DNA of 64,000 nt, taken from Chiloscyllium plagiosum. Taxonomy: Eukaryota. Below, piece by piece: positions 1 through 12,809 of the stretch. The stretch lies in the NCBI RefSeq assembly GCF_004010195.1, contig NC_057721.1, forward strand, positions 39,696,194 to 39,760,193, written 5' to 3'. The first letter of the stretch is position 1. Each line of letters starts with the position of its first letter. The position numbers and the translations under genes were made by a program. The notes under the pieces were generated by a model. The model was given only the letters and a program-made list of their open reading frames with translations. It was not told the origin of the DNA and did no database searches.

Positions 1-155
1 AGATTGATAAATTCTTAATCTTGCAAGGAATTTAAGTATACAGGGAGAGTGTGGGTAAGTGGCATTGAGACACCCATCTGCCATGATTGAATGGCGGAGT
101 GGACTCAATGGGCTGAATGGCCTTACTTCCACTCCTATTTCTTATGGTCTTAAGA
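1..155 (+). mobile_element. CR1 LINE 3' end
   Basis: GGACTCAATGGGCTGAATGGCCTTACTTCCACTCCTATTTCTTATGGTCTTA is a CR1 3' UTR stem-loop plus tail. Confidence 0.7.
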
Positions 156-239
156 CTCAAAATGCCGATTATTTTGTGAAATATCTTGCCTCAGTCCCTA
201 AACATGGATCCCAACCTTCCAGTCACTTGCCATTTCATT

Positions 240-485
240 CTACCATCTTGGTTTCTTGCTCTTTGTAACCATTACTACTCCTTTTGTCTTTTGTTCTAGG
301 ATTTCATTACCTTTGATGTTTGAGCTCCCTTTTTGTTCAATGTGTCCTATCCCTCTTTCAGTAGAATAGAAGCCATCACATTTCCACATTTCTGAAAAAG
401 TGTCATATGGAAACCTTCATTGTTTCTCTCTCCATAGATGCTGCCAGACCTGCTGAGTTTCTTTCACATTTTGTGTTTTTGCCTT
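240..485 (+). mobile_element. Penelope-like element 3'/pLTR fragment
   Basis: CTCTCCATAGATGCTGCCAGACCTGCTGAGTTTC motif, shared with the other PLE termini in this window. Confidence 0.55.
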
Positions 486-799
486 CCAATGTCTCATTCT
501 TCTGTGTCAACTCAGGAAGACTCTGTACTAAATCACTGACAGTAGCCTACCCTTTGACTGCAAATCTTTTGCATTGGTGATATGTCAAACATCCTCTCAT
601 TTCTGAAATTTACGCTATTGCCCTCAGCAAGTGGAAAGTGCCACCTAAATTTATATTTGGATTAAAGGGACAGTGGTAGTGTGGATACGACGTTAGCTCA
701 GAGACAGAAAAAAGAACTCTGGCACGAATCATTGGAGGGAAATGGACACAGTTGTTTGTAGGGAATGGTATTAGAACCACCACTACTTTTGATATATAC

Positions 800-2660
800 A
801 TTAATGACCAGGGTATGCATGCATGCAAACCTGGGCAGAAAATTTAAAATTCTGCACAAGAATCAAAAATTAGAGATGTAGTAAACATAATGGACTTTAG
901 GAGGTCATAAACCGTGAAACAGACTGATAGAATTTCAATGTAGAGAAGTACAAAGTGATACATTTTGGCAGGAAGAATGAAAAGATGCAATGTAAGCTAA
1001 AGGTCATAAGTTTGAACCAGGTGTAGAACAACAATACTGGGTTGGGGAGGGGGTATTATGTAAACACATTTTTGAATGTGGCAGAAGTAGTTGAAGCAGC
1101 TGCTCAGACAGCAAATAGAATTCTTGGATTTACTAAATTTACAGTGAAGAAAAAAGCAATAGTATTTCACAAAATATTTCTAAAACATTGATCAAGCTTC
1201 AGCTGGAGTAATGCTTTTAATTTGGAGTCTTTAAGAAGCCTGTTAAGACACTGGAAGATTGAATAGAATACTACCAGGAATGAGGAGTTTTGATCATGTG
1301 GAAAGACTAAGAGAATCTGCAAGTTCACAAAGGGTTTTGATAGAGTAACTAAGAAGTTGCTTCCAATGGCAGAAAACTGGTAGCTAGTGAATTCAGATTT
1401 ACAGTGATTGGCAAAAGAAGCAGAGATAACTCAAGAAAAAAAATTTAGACAAAAAAAAGCTGTTGTGATCTGGAATGCACTGCCTGAAAGTGTGGCCGAA
1501 GCAGACTCAAAATTAATTTTCAAAATGGAGTTGGTTTATCACTGAAAGGAAAACCATATTAGACTTTTGAGAAATAGTAGGGAGAGTGGGGTGAGTTGGA
1601 TATCTTGACTCAATATTCAGCACAGTTTGATGAGTCAAATGGCATCCTTATGTGCTATACCAGTAAAAATAAAAAGCAGTTTTGGAGAATTTAATGGGAT
1701 TGAACACTGACAAATCTGTGAGAAGCAATGATCCATATTTTAGAATGTTTAAAATGGTGACAATGGAGACAGTCTTTACATTGAAGATCATCTCACTGGT
1801 GGGAGACTATAGTAATTTGGTATAGAGATGGGAGAGTGGAGGCACAATTGAAGGTGAGCACAAATACTGTATAGAAGCAAAGCAGACTTGGTTGAGCGTA
1901 TATAATTAAATTAAGGCACAAAGGAACCTTTTAATACAAAGAATCTTGTTGGCAAGGCAGATGATTTGAGGCTGCTGATTACACATGAACATGCTACATC
2001 ATTGCTATCACAGAGACGTGCTTGATAGTGGGCAAGATGGCAGTTCGATACTCCAAAGCAGAGTGTCTTCAGGAAAGAGTGTAAAAGAGTAGGTGGTGGG
2101 ACAATATTGATGAAGATGTCAATTATGACAATAAGGAGGAATATCTTAGATGGTTCCTCAAGTAATGCCAAATAGGTAGAACTTAAAAAGAGAAAGGTGG
2201 TCATCATTTTGTCAGGAGCATATAATACACCCTAAACAGTCAGGGAGATACAGAAGGACAGATACATCAGCAAATTTCAGGGAAGTCTAATAATAAAAGG
2301 CATAACAACAGTCGGGGATTTCAACTTTCTCGATATTAAATGGAATAGACAACACGTGAAAGGCATGGAGGGGGCAGAATTTTACAGAAAAAAAGTGCCT
2401 CTTTTTCAGAGTTTTAGAAGGCAGCTAATAGAAAGTCTGACAAGGGAAGGTATGGTGTGGGCCTAAGTTTAGGGAACAAAGCCAGGAAAATGGTGCAAGT
2501 ATCAGTGGAAAGCATTTCAGTGATGGTATCCACAACTCAGTAAGATTTGAGGTAGTCATGAAAAAGGACAAAGATGAAGCAGAAATAATGGTTCTGAATT
2601 GGGGCAGGATGTTTTTAATATGATAATATGGAATTTGGCCAAAGTGGGCTAGGTGGAGCT
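800..2660 (+). mobile_element. Old CR1 fragments (3' RT/UTR about 800-1670; endonuclease region about 1900-2660)
   Basis: Degenerate CR1 ORF2 motifs (GGGGATTTCAACTT endonuclease GDFN; TGGAATGCACTGCCTGAAAG) and a CR1-type 3' end. Confidence 0.6.
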
Positions 2661-2669
2661 AGAGCAAAG

Positions 2670-3420
2670 AATAACACATCACAGGAACAACCCTCTTAAG
2701 CCTGCGCCGACACATGACGTCTTTCTAAACTAAAAGCGTTTTGCCTCTAAGTAGTCCATCTGTCTCTATTCTCTGACTATTCACATATCTGTCAATGTGC
2801 CTCTTAAACATTGCTGTTGTATCTGCTTCTACCACCTTCACAATCCAGGCATTTATCACCTGTATAAAGAAAGACTTGCCTCTCACATATCATCTAAACA
2901 TTCCTCCCTTTTACGTTGAACCTATGTTCCCTATTAATTGACATTTCTACTCTGGGGGGAAAAAAGACTCTGATGCTCCATGCCTTTCAATAAATTTTGT
3001 AAACATTTATCAGGTCACCCCTCAGTCTCCAATGTTCAAGTGAAAATCACCTAAGTTGACCCAATCTGTCCTCATAGCTAACACTCTCCAAACCACTCGA
3101 TATCCTGGTAAACATTTTCTGTACCCTCTCCAAAGCCTCTACACATCTTGCTCGTAATGGAGCCACCAGAACTGTATGCACATTCCAAATGTGGCTTAAT
3201 TAAAGTTCTATACAGCTACAACGTGACTTGCCAATTTTTATACTCTATGCTCCAACTGATGAAGGCAAGCATTCTTGACGACCTTATCCAGTTATGTTGC
3301 CACTTTCAGGGAACTGCGAACCTGTACATGTAGATCCTCTGTATGTTAATACCTCTAAGGGTTCTCCCATTTACCATATACTTCTTTCCTGCATTAAACC
3401 TTCCAAAATACATCATTCAA
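2670..3420 (-). mobile_element. CR1 LINE 3' portion
   Basis: AGGTCACCCCTCAGTCTCC...TCCTGGTAAAC...GGAGCCACCAGAACTG, the reverse complement of the CR1 ORF2 C-terminus. Confidence 0.7.
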
Positions 3421-4734
3421 CATCAGTCTTTAATTTTCTCCAACTAAGTAATGGAAATGGTCTCTTTCCGCATTGCAGGCATTCTATGATTCTAAATAAT
3501 CAGTCTTTGGTTTCTGCAACAATAGCACCCCATAGTCACAGATTCCATTCTTCCTATTAGACATTTTCTTCTGCTCAATGACACTGTTTAAAATTTTGCT
3601 ACTTTTTTGATTTGAGTTGAACTCTCAATCCTATATATTCTTTAAAAAAGACTGTTTAGTTCCACCTTTCTCCCAGCCTGTCTTAGCCCATTTTCCATTT
3701 AAAGTCTCATTAATTCCTTTTCTATTCTAGACTCAGTTATTGCAATGCTTTCACTGGCAGTTTGCAAAAATGTACCAGCCACGGTCCTGCAGAATGTGTT
3801 TATTTGCTGCTGTGCAATTTTTTTTTTTACAGTTTTTTTTTACAGTTTTGCAAGAAAAACTTTGCTTGGTTATCAGTGCAAGACACACAAGCAAAGGAAA
3901 TTTTGTATACAGATCGTATCAGTGCATATGTAAAAAACCTTGTATCGGGTTCTCCCCTAAAATAGCTCAGCTACAAGTAGAATTTGTCCAGATCTAAATT
4001 CATACCTAAAATTCATAAAATGACATTTCAACATCTCTCCACAGTTACCACTGGTAAATAAACTAAGTCAATCTGGTAAGTAGTCTAACTATAAAATTAT
4101 CAAATACTTCGACACATTTACACAAATGGGACCACTGTGATGCAGTTGAGTAAGAGCACCTCTGCTTCTGAGGACTGAGTTCAACTTGTGTTCTTGCATT
4201 GTTGAGATTTGGGTTCAAATTTAGTCCCTACTATAGGTCCCCTGTTTATCATGGTTGTAAAGCTTTTTTTGATACATGAATCTGGTAGTGCAAATCCAGT
4301 TTGCAGTATTTGTGGATTCAAAGCCCCAAATTGTTGCTAGTTCAGCAAAAGTCTTAAGATTTACTTTAGCACATAGAAAAATTGTGTTCTTTTGAGACTG
4401 ACATTATATTATGTAAGGTGACGTGAAATGAATTTTACTTGGCATGCGATTCTGTTATATTTGGCCTGAGAATACTTGATGCTGATACAGTGCCAAATTG
4501 CAAATTTATATCATTTTTCAGCATTAATAGCCCTCATCACGAGGAGTTTAAAACATTATGAATAGTTTGATTTTCAACATATGTGCATTCAGGACCTTCT
4601 AATTAATTATTGTGCTCAAGTCAATTTAAATACCAAGATCTCACCCTTAGATCGATATAAATTATTGATTCTAATGAATATACATCAGTTGGCCAAGTAA
4701 TAAATTTAAGATTAAATTTGGTGCTATAACAAAA

Positions 4735-4960
4735 TTTCTTCCCTAAGAGAGATTAGTGAACCAGATGGGTTTTTATAACAATTGACAGTGGTTACATGGC
4801 TGCCACTAAACCAGCATTTTTAAAACAAAATTCCAGGTTTCTTTTCTTTTGTTGAATTCTAATTTACCATCTGCCAAGATAGGATTCAACCTCTTGTCCA
4901 CAGAAAATTAGTCTGGGGTTTTGGATTACTAGTCGAGTGATATTACTACTAAGCCACCAC
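4735..4960 (-). mobile_element. Deu-SINE (SacSINE1-like) fragment
   Basis: Minus strand has a tRNA-like head followed by the Deu core AAAAACCCATCTGGTTCACTAAT...TTAGGGAAG. Confidence 0.65.
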
Positions 4961-5334
4961 ATCCCAAGAGCTAATAATGACTAAAAAAAATCTTTCAAAG
5001 TAAAACTGACCAACTTGACTTTCTGCAAGTTAAGTGCAGAAACAAACTGCATGAGGTTCATAACCTTTTACAAGATTCTATTTAAAACAACACAGATGCA
5101 AGAAATTTAAGTTAATTGTTAACAATCATCCTACAATATTCTGATTATGATGAGCGGTTCAAAGAAAGTCTCTGCAACATGTCAAAAATTAACTATATGA
5201 AGACAGCATGAAAAGTAATTTTATCTTTGCAGTACCATGCCTGTGAAAGGAGAGACAGTGAAATTTACACACACAAAGGCACATAATTTATGCAGTATGA
5301 AATGCCTTAAATAGAGAAACAAGTAGATACCTAC

Positions 5335-5352
5335 TTTCTGCAGCTAGCAGTC
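5335..5352 (-). CDS. CASK: CASK 18-nt microexon (exon 11 equivalent), (G)LLAAE(R)
   Basis: Minus strand cttactag|GACTGCTAGCTGCAGAAA|gtaggt. Frame-preserving phase-1/phase-1 exon that matches the known CASK ...PTSSGLLAAERAVSQ... peptide. Confidence 0.88.
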
Positions 5353-6254
5353 CTAGTAAGTGGGCAGCATTTGGGTAAATAACAAACATTAAGAGCTTTT
5401 CAAACTAGAAACACAGTTATGAGTGAACTCTCATTCATTTGAAACTGAAAATGAATTGGCTTAGGTCTTTGGTGAATCATTTCAGGTCTGAAGCCATTAC
5501 TTGTTAAACAGTGTAGGCCTTAGTCAAGTCTTGACCAATGCACCAGTCAAATGTGGCTAATTGGAAATTTAGAAATAAATTTTTGATTTCTGATTAGTAA
5601 ATTGAATATGAATAAGTGGACACCGCTGTTGGCTCTGAAATCTCTCTCTCTCTCTATATATATATATAGGCATGATATACACTTTTAAGATGTTAAGATG
5701 AAAAGCAAAATGAATACATCTCCTTTTTAAATCATTATAAATACATTACTTTCTTGGTTATTGCATGTTTATTAACTAAATATAGACATATGAAGCACAT
5801 TTACCCACATGGTTTAGTGTGGGTTCCCTAACTCTGAGTTAGAAGTACTGGGTTCAAGTTCCACCTGCACCATAGATGTGAATAGATTGATTAGAAAAAA
5901 AAACTGTGCAAGACATTTTCCACTAAAATTAGCATATATGGCCAAAAAACATTATCATCATAGACAAACTGTAGCTAATCTGAAATTTCAACTGGACAAT
6001 GTTGCTTTAAATCAATTTTCCCTTGGACATAATTTTAGTTGGCTTTTTAACCAATCTACTGACTGATCAGTTCCAAGAATAAAAGCTAAGTTATTTGTGT
6101 AAAGTTTACTCCATCAGAATGTGAATAAAGAGTTTAAATAAGAAGCAGCATTAATTTCACAGTGATTTTTACTTCCATATTTAAACTCTGACATTATAAG
6201 GTTAACTAAATGTATGGTTCACGTAAGACAGATTGTTTGTGCACTTCCATAATT

Positions 6255-6750
6255 GTATCAAAGCTGAAAGGGTTTAGAACAGATTTACAAGAGTGTTACC
6301 AGGGTTGGAGGATTTGAGGCAGAATAGGCTGGGACTATTTTCCCTGGAGCATCGGAGGCTGAGGGATGATCTTATGGAGGTTTATAAGATCATGAGGGGC
6401 ATGGAGAGAGTGAATAGCCATGGCCTTTCTCCCATGACAGAGGCATCCAAACTAGGGAACATTGGCTTAAGGTAAGAGGGGAAAGCTATAAAAAGGATCT
6501 ATGGGGCACCGTTTTCACATGGAGGGTGGTGCTTGTATGGAATGAGCTGCCAGGTGGTGGTGGTGGTGGAGGCTGGTACCATTACAATATTAAAAATGCA
6601 CCTGGATGGGTGCATGAATAGGAAGAGTTTAATGGAGTATGGGTCAAAGGCTGGAAAATGGGACTAAATTAATGTAGAATATCTAGTCAGCATGGACGAG
6701 ATGAACCAAAGGTTTGCTTCCCGTGCTGTACAATTCTATGACTCTATAAC
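6255..6750 (+). mobile_element. CR1 LINE 3' end
   Basis: ORF 6293 LGLFSLEHRRLRDDLMEVYKIM; ends CTATGACTCTAT. Confidence 0.85.
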
Positions 6751-7561
6751 AGTGTTCAAATGCTACCAAAGCCTTGGTGAAAATGCATCAGGCAACACTG
6801 AATGTCTGTCTTTGTATCAAGACTAGTATCAGTGACAATAAATGAAGTATGGATCAAATCAGATATGGGAAATAAGGGATGAGAAAAAAAAATTAACAGT
6901 TGTAACCTTTCAAGTCAAGTCATATATTGATAATTATTTTTACCCTTAGAATAGCATAATTATTGCTTTACAATCTCAAACAGGACATTTTAATTATTAC
7001 AACTGGAAATACAAAGGACTATTTGCCATTGAATTAATCAGAAGTTAAAATCATTGAAGTATACTTATAGGGATGGTCAAGCAAAATGGTACTATTTACA
7101 CATTTCTGTAAATGGAGAGTGATTCACTGCCAACTGTCATAGCATTTTCTCACACAGGTTCAAGTAACATTTTCAAAGCCTAAGTTAGTTTAGTGTGCAC
7201 TATTACTTAAATGTAAATTGCATGTACTCAGGAAGTAAAACAGCGATAACCATCAATTACAGATCACCAGATAAAATGCACTGAAACCACACGGGCAAAG
7301 AGGTTGCAAAAAGAGTACTGAGATCTGCATATATGTACTCAAATGGTGGTAACGAGTTTGAAAATTTGCGTTTTATATTTGCACATTTCAAATTGTAAAT
7401 TTGAAATTTGGAGAGTTTTACAAGTTAGCTCAACATTGTGAAGTGGAGTGAGAGGGGAAGACAGTATGTTGGAAGGGAGGGGGAAACATGGTACAGAGGG
7501 GAACAGGATATGTTGTGGCACATTGGGGGTAAGGGTTACCACAGCAGAGAGAGGGGGGGGG

Positions 7562-7927
7562 NNNNNNNNNNNNNNNNNNNNNNNNNNNNNNNNNNNNNNN
7601 NNNNNNNNNNNNNNNNNNNNNNNNNNNNNNNNNNNNNNNNNNNNNNNNNNNNNNNNNNNNNNNNNNNNNNNNNNNNNNNNNNNNNNNNNNNNNNNNNNNN
7701 NNNNNNNNNNNNNNNNNNNNNNNNNNNNNNNNNNNNNNNNNNNNNNNNNNNNNNNNNNNNNNNNNNNNNNNNNNNNNNNNNNNNNNNNNNNNNNNNNNNN
7801 NNNNNNNNNNNNNNNNNNNNNNNNNNNNNNNNNNNNNNNNNNNNNNNNNNNNNNNNNNNNNNNNNNNNNNNNNNNNNNNNNNNNNNNNNNNNNNNNNNNN
7901 NNNNNNNNNNNNNNNNNNNNNNNNNNN
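7562..7927. other. Assembly gap (366 N) flanked by G homopolymers
   Basis: N run with poly-G on both sides, inside a purine-rich region. Confidence 0.99.
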
Positions 7928-8327
7928 GGGGGGGGCATTGGACAGTGAAGGAGGAGAAAAGGGGGAAGAGTCTGAAGCAAACAGGAAGATATGAAGCTAT
8001 TTAAGGGGTAGAGGGGTCAGATGATGATGGTGAGGGTAGTGTGAGGTGTGAAGTGGATAGGTGCAAGGGATTAGAGACCAAGGGCAAGGAAATGGGATAG
8101 GAGGAGTTGAGAGAGAGGGGGAATAGATGAGAAATTGCGATGAGGAGCTGCGAAAGAGTTGTTCAAAACTGGAAGGTATCAATACTTAGGGCAATTATTT
8201 CAAGTTGAATACAGAAGGCAGAGTGACACCTCCAAAGGAGTGAGGAGTCTGTTGTTTGCTGACTTATTTGGCCTGGGAATTGTATAATTATCATTTTTTA
8301 TTATTGTTGAAGATAATGCTCTCATCA

Positions 8328-8588
<261 letters not shown>

Positions 8589-10032
8589 TTACGCTACTGC
8601 ATGACTCGAATGAGATAACAACCCAAATCAAGAAAGGATATGATTGGGCTAATATTTACACCTCTGTTGTCAATATCTAAGTTGATCAAAAAAAACTTAA
8701 CCTTTAGCATTGCTAGGTTTGAACTGATTTGGCACAAAGCAGCATTATTGTAGTCCTTGTGGCATTAAAAAGCAAAGAATAGCTACAATGATCTGATATA
8801 TCTGCTTTATTTTGAAGTAGATATGGAAGGTTCTATATCACAGCATATTTTAAAGTAGTCTCCGATTGAAAGATTGTCTAGAACATCCCAAAAAGCATAC
8901 AATTATATCTTCCACTTAACCTCAGCACCTGTCACTGAATTCTGGTAACACAATTGCAGCTCAAAGTCAACAAACTCACAAATAAAAAAAAAAGTTAAAA
9001 TAAGATTTTTTCACTGCGTGCATTATCTCATTTAACCACTTACCAGGTAGGTATTCTTTCTTCTCAAAGTTATTATCAAGTTAAAATTATAAGGTGGTAC
9101 TGAAACGTACAAAGTTGCACATCATTTAGCATTTACTACCTAGGATGGAGTTGATATTCTGGGTAATAATGGATTATAGTTCTGTCTACGCAGCAGCTAG
9201 TCAGAATTGTTAAACTTATGTCATTCTATTTCCAAACTAATAGTTGAAAAATAGCATAATAATTGGAAATTAAAACTAATCTGAATTAGAAATTAAAACA
9301 CAATAAAATGGGATAAAATTGGTCTGTACCATTTATTTTGAGTGTGAAGCTCACAATGCACAACCATCTAATGTCTGGTCAGAAGGAGACAGGCAACATG
9401 CAGACATTGTGCATTCATTTATCTGATTGTAGATGGAGCTGAGCATCTGCTGCACTGATGACTTTCTCTGCAGGGGCCAAACTGCATGCCATGCCTCTTT
9501 ATGGGAAGCAGTACAACAAGAGACTGTTGGTGAATATTACTGCTGCATTACTAAATGAGGAAAATGAAACATCAGCACAGAGACAATAGTCCATGGTCAT
9601 GGATGCACAGCTGAAAGCCCCAGATAGATGCCATATTTCTGCCAGGTCGAGGAGACCCTCAAAGGCCATGGTTAAAAGTTACTTGAAGCAGATGGCTAGA
9701 GAGGTCAGCACTACAAGAGTTTAATCACTTCAAATATGTGGTCAAGATCAGAGAATGCATCTTCACGTGCCATCTCCAATCCAATCCAATATCAGCCTGA
9801 CAGTTGAAACGGGTCATACACCCAAATCATCGGCAAACAACAGTTGATACTTGACATTCATTTACTGCATCTCAGTCTCAGCACCTACCACGGCTGTCAA
9901 CATCAGGTTAGCTCACTACACTGTAAAAGCTGCTGGTCATGATTAAGGCTTTCATTAAGTGCAAAAGATCTACAGGGCCTGTTAGGTTTTGTGTGGTAGA
10001 GGATAATGACTTTCTGGTTTAGCTAAAACAAA

Positions 10033-11160
10033 GTCATAGAGTCACAGTCATAGAGATGTACAGCACGGAAACAGACCCTTCGGTCCAAGTCATCCATGCT
10101 GACCAGATATCCCAACCTAATATAGTCACATTTGCCAGCACCTGGCCCATAGCCCTCTAAACCCTTCTGATTCATATACCCATCCAGATGCCTTTTAGAT
10201 GTTGCAACTGTACTAGCCTCCACCACTTCCTCTGGCAGCTCATTCCATACATGTATCACCCTCTGCGTGAAAAGGTTGCCTCTTAGGTCTTCTTTATATC
10301 TTTCCCTTCTCACCCTAAACCTGTGCCCTCTAGTTCTCGACTCCCCCACCAGAGGGAAAAGACTGTCCATTTATCCTATCCATGCCCCTCACGATTTTAT
10401 AAACCTCCATAAGGTCACCCCCTCAGCCTCCAAAGCTCCAGGGAAAATAGCCCTAGCCTATTCAACCTCTCCCTACAGCTCAAATCCTCCAACCCTGGCA
10501 ACATCCTTGTAAATCTTTTCTGAACCCTTTCCAGTTTCACAACATCTTTCCGAGAGGAAGGAGACCAGAATTGCATGCAATATTCCAAAAGTGGCCTAAC
10601 CAACATCCTGTACAGTCGCAACATGTCCTCCCAACTTCTATACTTAATGCTATGACCAATAAAGGAAAGCATACCAAACTCCTTCTTCACTATCCTATCT
10701 ATCTGCTACGAACCTGTACTCCAAGGTGTTTTTGTTCAGCCACACTTCCTAGGACCTTACCATTAACTGTATAGGTCCTGCTAAGATCTGCTTTCCCAAA
10801 ATCTCTTCTGGGGTAGAAGTGACTTGTAAAAGAAGGATGTACTCTGTTTTCTGCTTTGTTCCTGCCTGCCCTGACGTTTGACTCGCTTTTTTTCTCAACT
10901 GCACCAGTCTCAGATTGATCTCTTTCCTCAGCATCTCCATGGGTCCGACCCCCTCCATTTACTCGTTTAAATCCTCCCAAGCAGCTCTAGCAAATTTTCC
11001 TAACAGCATATATTAGTCCCCTTTCAATTCAGGTACAATTCATCCTTCTTACACAAGTCACTTCTATCCCAGAAGAGATTCCAATGATCCAAAAATGTGA
11101 ATCCTTCTCCCGTACACCAGTTCTTCAGCCACGCATTCATCTGCTCTATCCTCTTATTCT
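10033..11160 (-). mobile_element. CR1 LINE (3' ORF2/UTR joined to an upstream CR1-like piece)
   Basis: ORFs 10023- and 10415- (RPLLEYCMQFWSP...ERVQKRFTRMLPGL; WNELPEEVV). Tail reads GTCATAGA repeats on the plus strand. Confidence 0.88.
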
Positions 11161-11624
11161 TACGGTTTATTGCATGTTAGCAATTAGTTACAAGTTACAT
11201 CAATACAACAGACATTGTCAGAAACTTTGAGGAGGACCATAGATTCTGTCTCACTCCATTGAGATTCAAAGTTGCTTTGCCCACCAGTTAGCATGACATT
11301 ATAGTGGATGGTACTTATGACACTCCTCAGTATTAAGCTTTTCAGGTGTACTTACAACAATTCCTTTAAGCATTTTGGATTATTAGATTTATACATTTGA
11401 TTATATAATTACATTTATTTTTATCCCATCTTCCACCACATTTCTGACTTTACAAATTGAGGTGAAGTGGAGGATCCACTATCCTCTCAGAATGTTATAG
11501 GCTTGAAAAACTGGCAGTTAACTGGGTGGGAGGCCATTGGTTTTGAATTTTTCATGACAGTCTGAGGGGTGTAGATCAATACAATCTGGAAACCCTTCAA
11601 TCTCAATTATAGAATTCTTCAATC

Positions 11625-12800
11625 ATAAGTTCATAAGATATAGGAGCAGAATTAGACAATGGCCGACATTTCAAGAGTGTATGGATGCATTGCAACAATT
11701 GTTCACTCATGTCTGGCACAATAAAGTGAGAAAGGTGGCTCAACCATGTTTAACAAGGGAAATTAGGAGTGGTACACAGAAGGACACACAAATTGGCTGA
11801 GGGTTGGGAGCAATTTAATTTCAGCAAAGGAGCATAAAAGGATTGATTAAGAGGTGAAAAATACATTAAGTGGAAGCTTGCAGGGAATTTACAACTTTAC
11901 TGTAAAAGTTTTATTGGTATGTGTAAAAGAAAGACTAGCTAAGACAAATGTAAGTTCCTTTTAAAGGGGAAATTACAATGGGGACCAAAGATGGCAGATC
12001 AATTATTTATGTCCTTCTTTGTGAAGACAGAACCAATGTCCCAAAAATGTTGGGTTTGGTGACGGAGAGGAACTGAAGGAAATTAATATTAGTAGGGAAG
12101 TGATGTTGGGGAAATGATTGGATGAAAGGCTGACAAATCCCCTGGGCCTGATAATCTACATCCCAGACTGCTTAAGGAAGTGGGCCTAGAAACACTGGAT
12201 GCATTAGTGATCATCTTTCATGATTCTATAGATTCTGGAACAGTTCCTATGGATTGGTTTAGAGGACAGCTAACATAACTCCATTATTTAAAAAAAAAGA
12301 TCAAGAGTAAACAGGGAATTATAGACCAGTCAGCCTGATATCTCAAATGGGGAGAATGCTAGGGACTACTATAAAAGACTTACTGGTAGAAAAATCAAAA
12401 AGCAGTGAAGGGATCTGATAGAGTTAGCACTGAGTAACAAAAGGGAAATTATGCTAGACAAATCCACTGAAATTTTGAGAGGATATAACTAGAAAAGTTG
12501 ATGAGGGGATCCAGTGGACATGGCTTATTGAGACTTTTAGAAGACTTTTAGCAAAGTCCAATTTAAGAGATTAGCATCTGAAATCAAAGAACATGGGACT
12601 GCAGGTAGTGCACTGACATGGATAGAACTGGTTGGCAGATAGCAAATGAAGTGTAGGAATAAACAGGCCTGTTTTTTTGAGTGGCAGGCAGTGTCTAGTG
12701 GAGCACTCTAAGAATCAGAGCAAATACCCCAGCTCGAATGACATGGATGAGGGAACTAAATGTAATATTGCCAGGTTTGCAGAGGACACAAAGCTGGGTG
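11625..12800 (+). mobile_element. CR1 LINE RT region (decayed)
   Basis: AAATCCCCTGGGCCTGAT (KSPGPD), GGGAATTATAGACCAGTCAGC (GNYRPVS) and TTTGCAGAGGACACAAAGCT (FADDTK-like). Confidence 0.75.
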
Positions 12801-12809
12801 CTTCGATAA

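Noticed and set aside
1-5334. Next CASK exon (AVSQVLDSLEEIH..., L27 domain)
   Set aside because: No matching sequence found on the minus strand; presumably it lies left of the window.
5808-5900. tRNA-like sequence (also about 4135-4240 and 18795-18845)
   Set aside because: Only degenerate A/B boxes, with no complete cloverleaf or acceptor stem. These look like decayed tRNA-derived SINE heads.
7339-8004. ORFs of 166-213 aa
   Set aside because: Artefacts of reading through the N gap.
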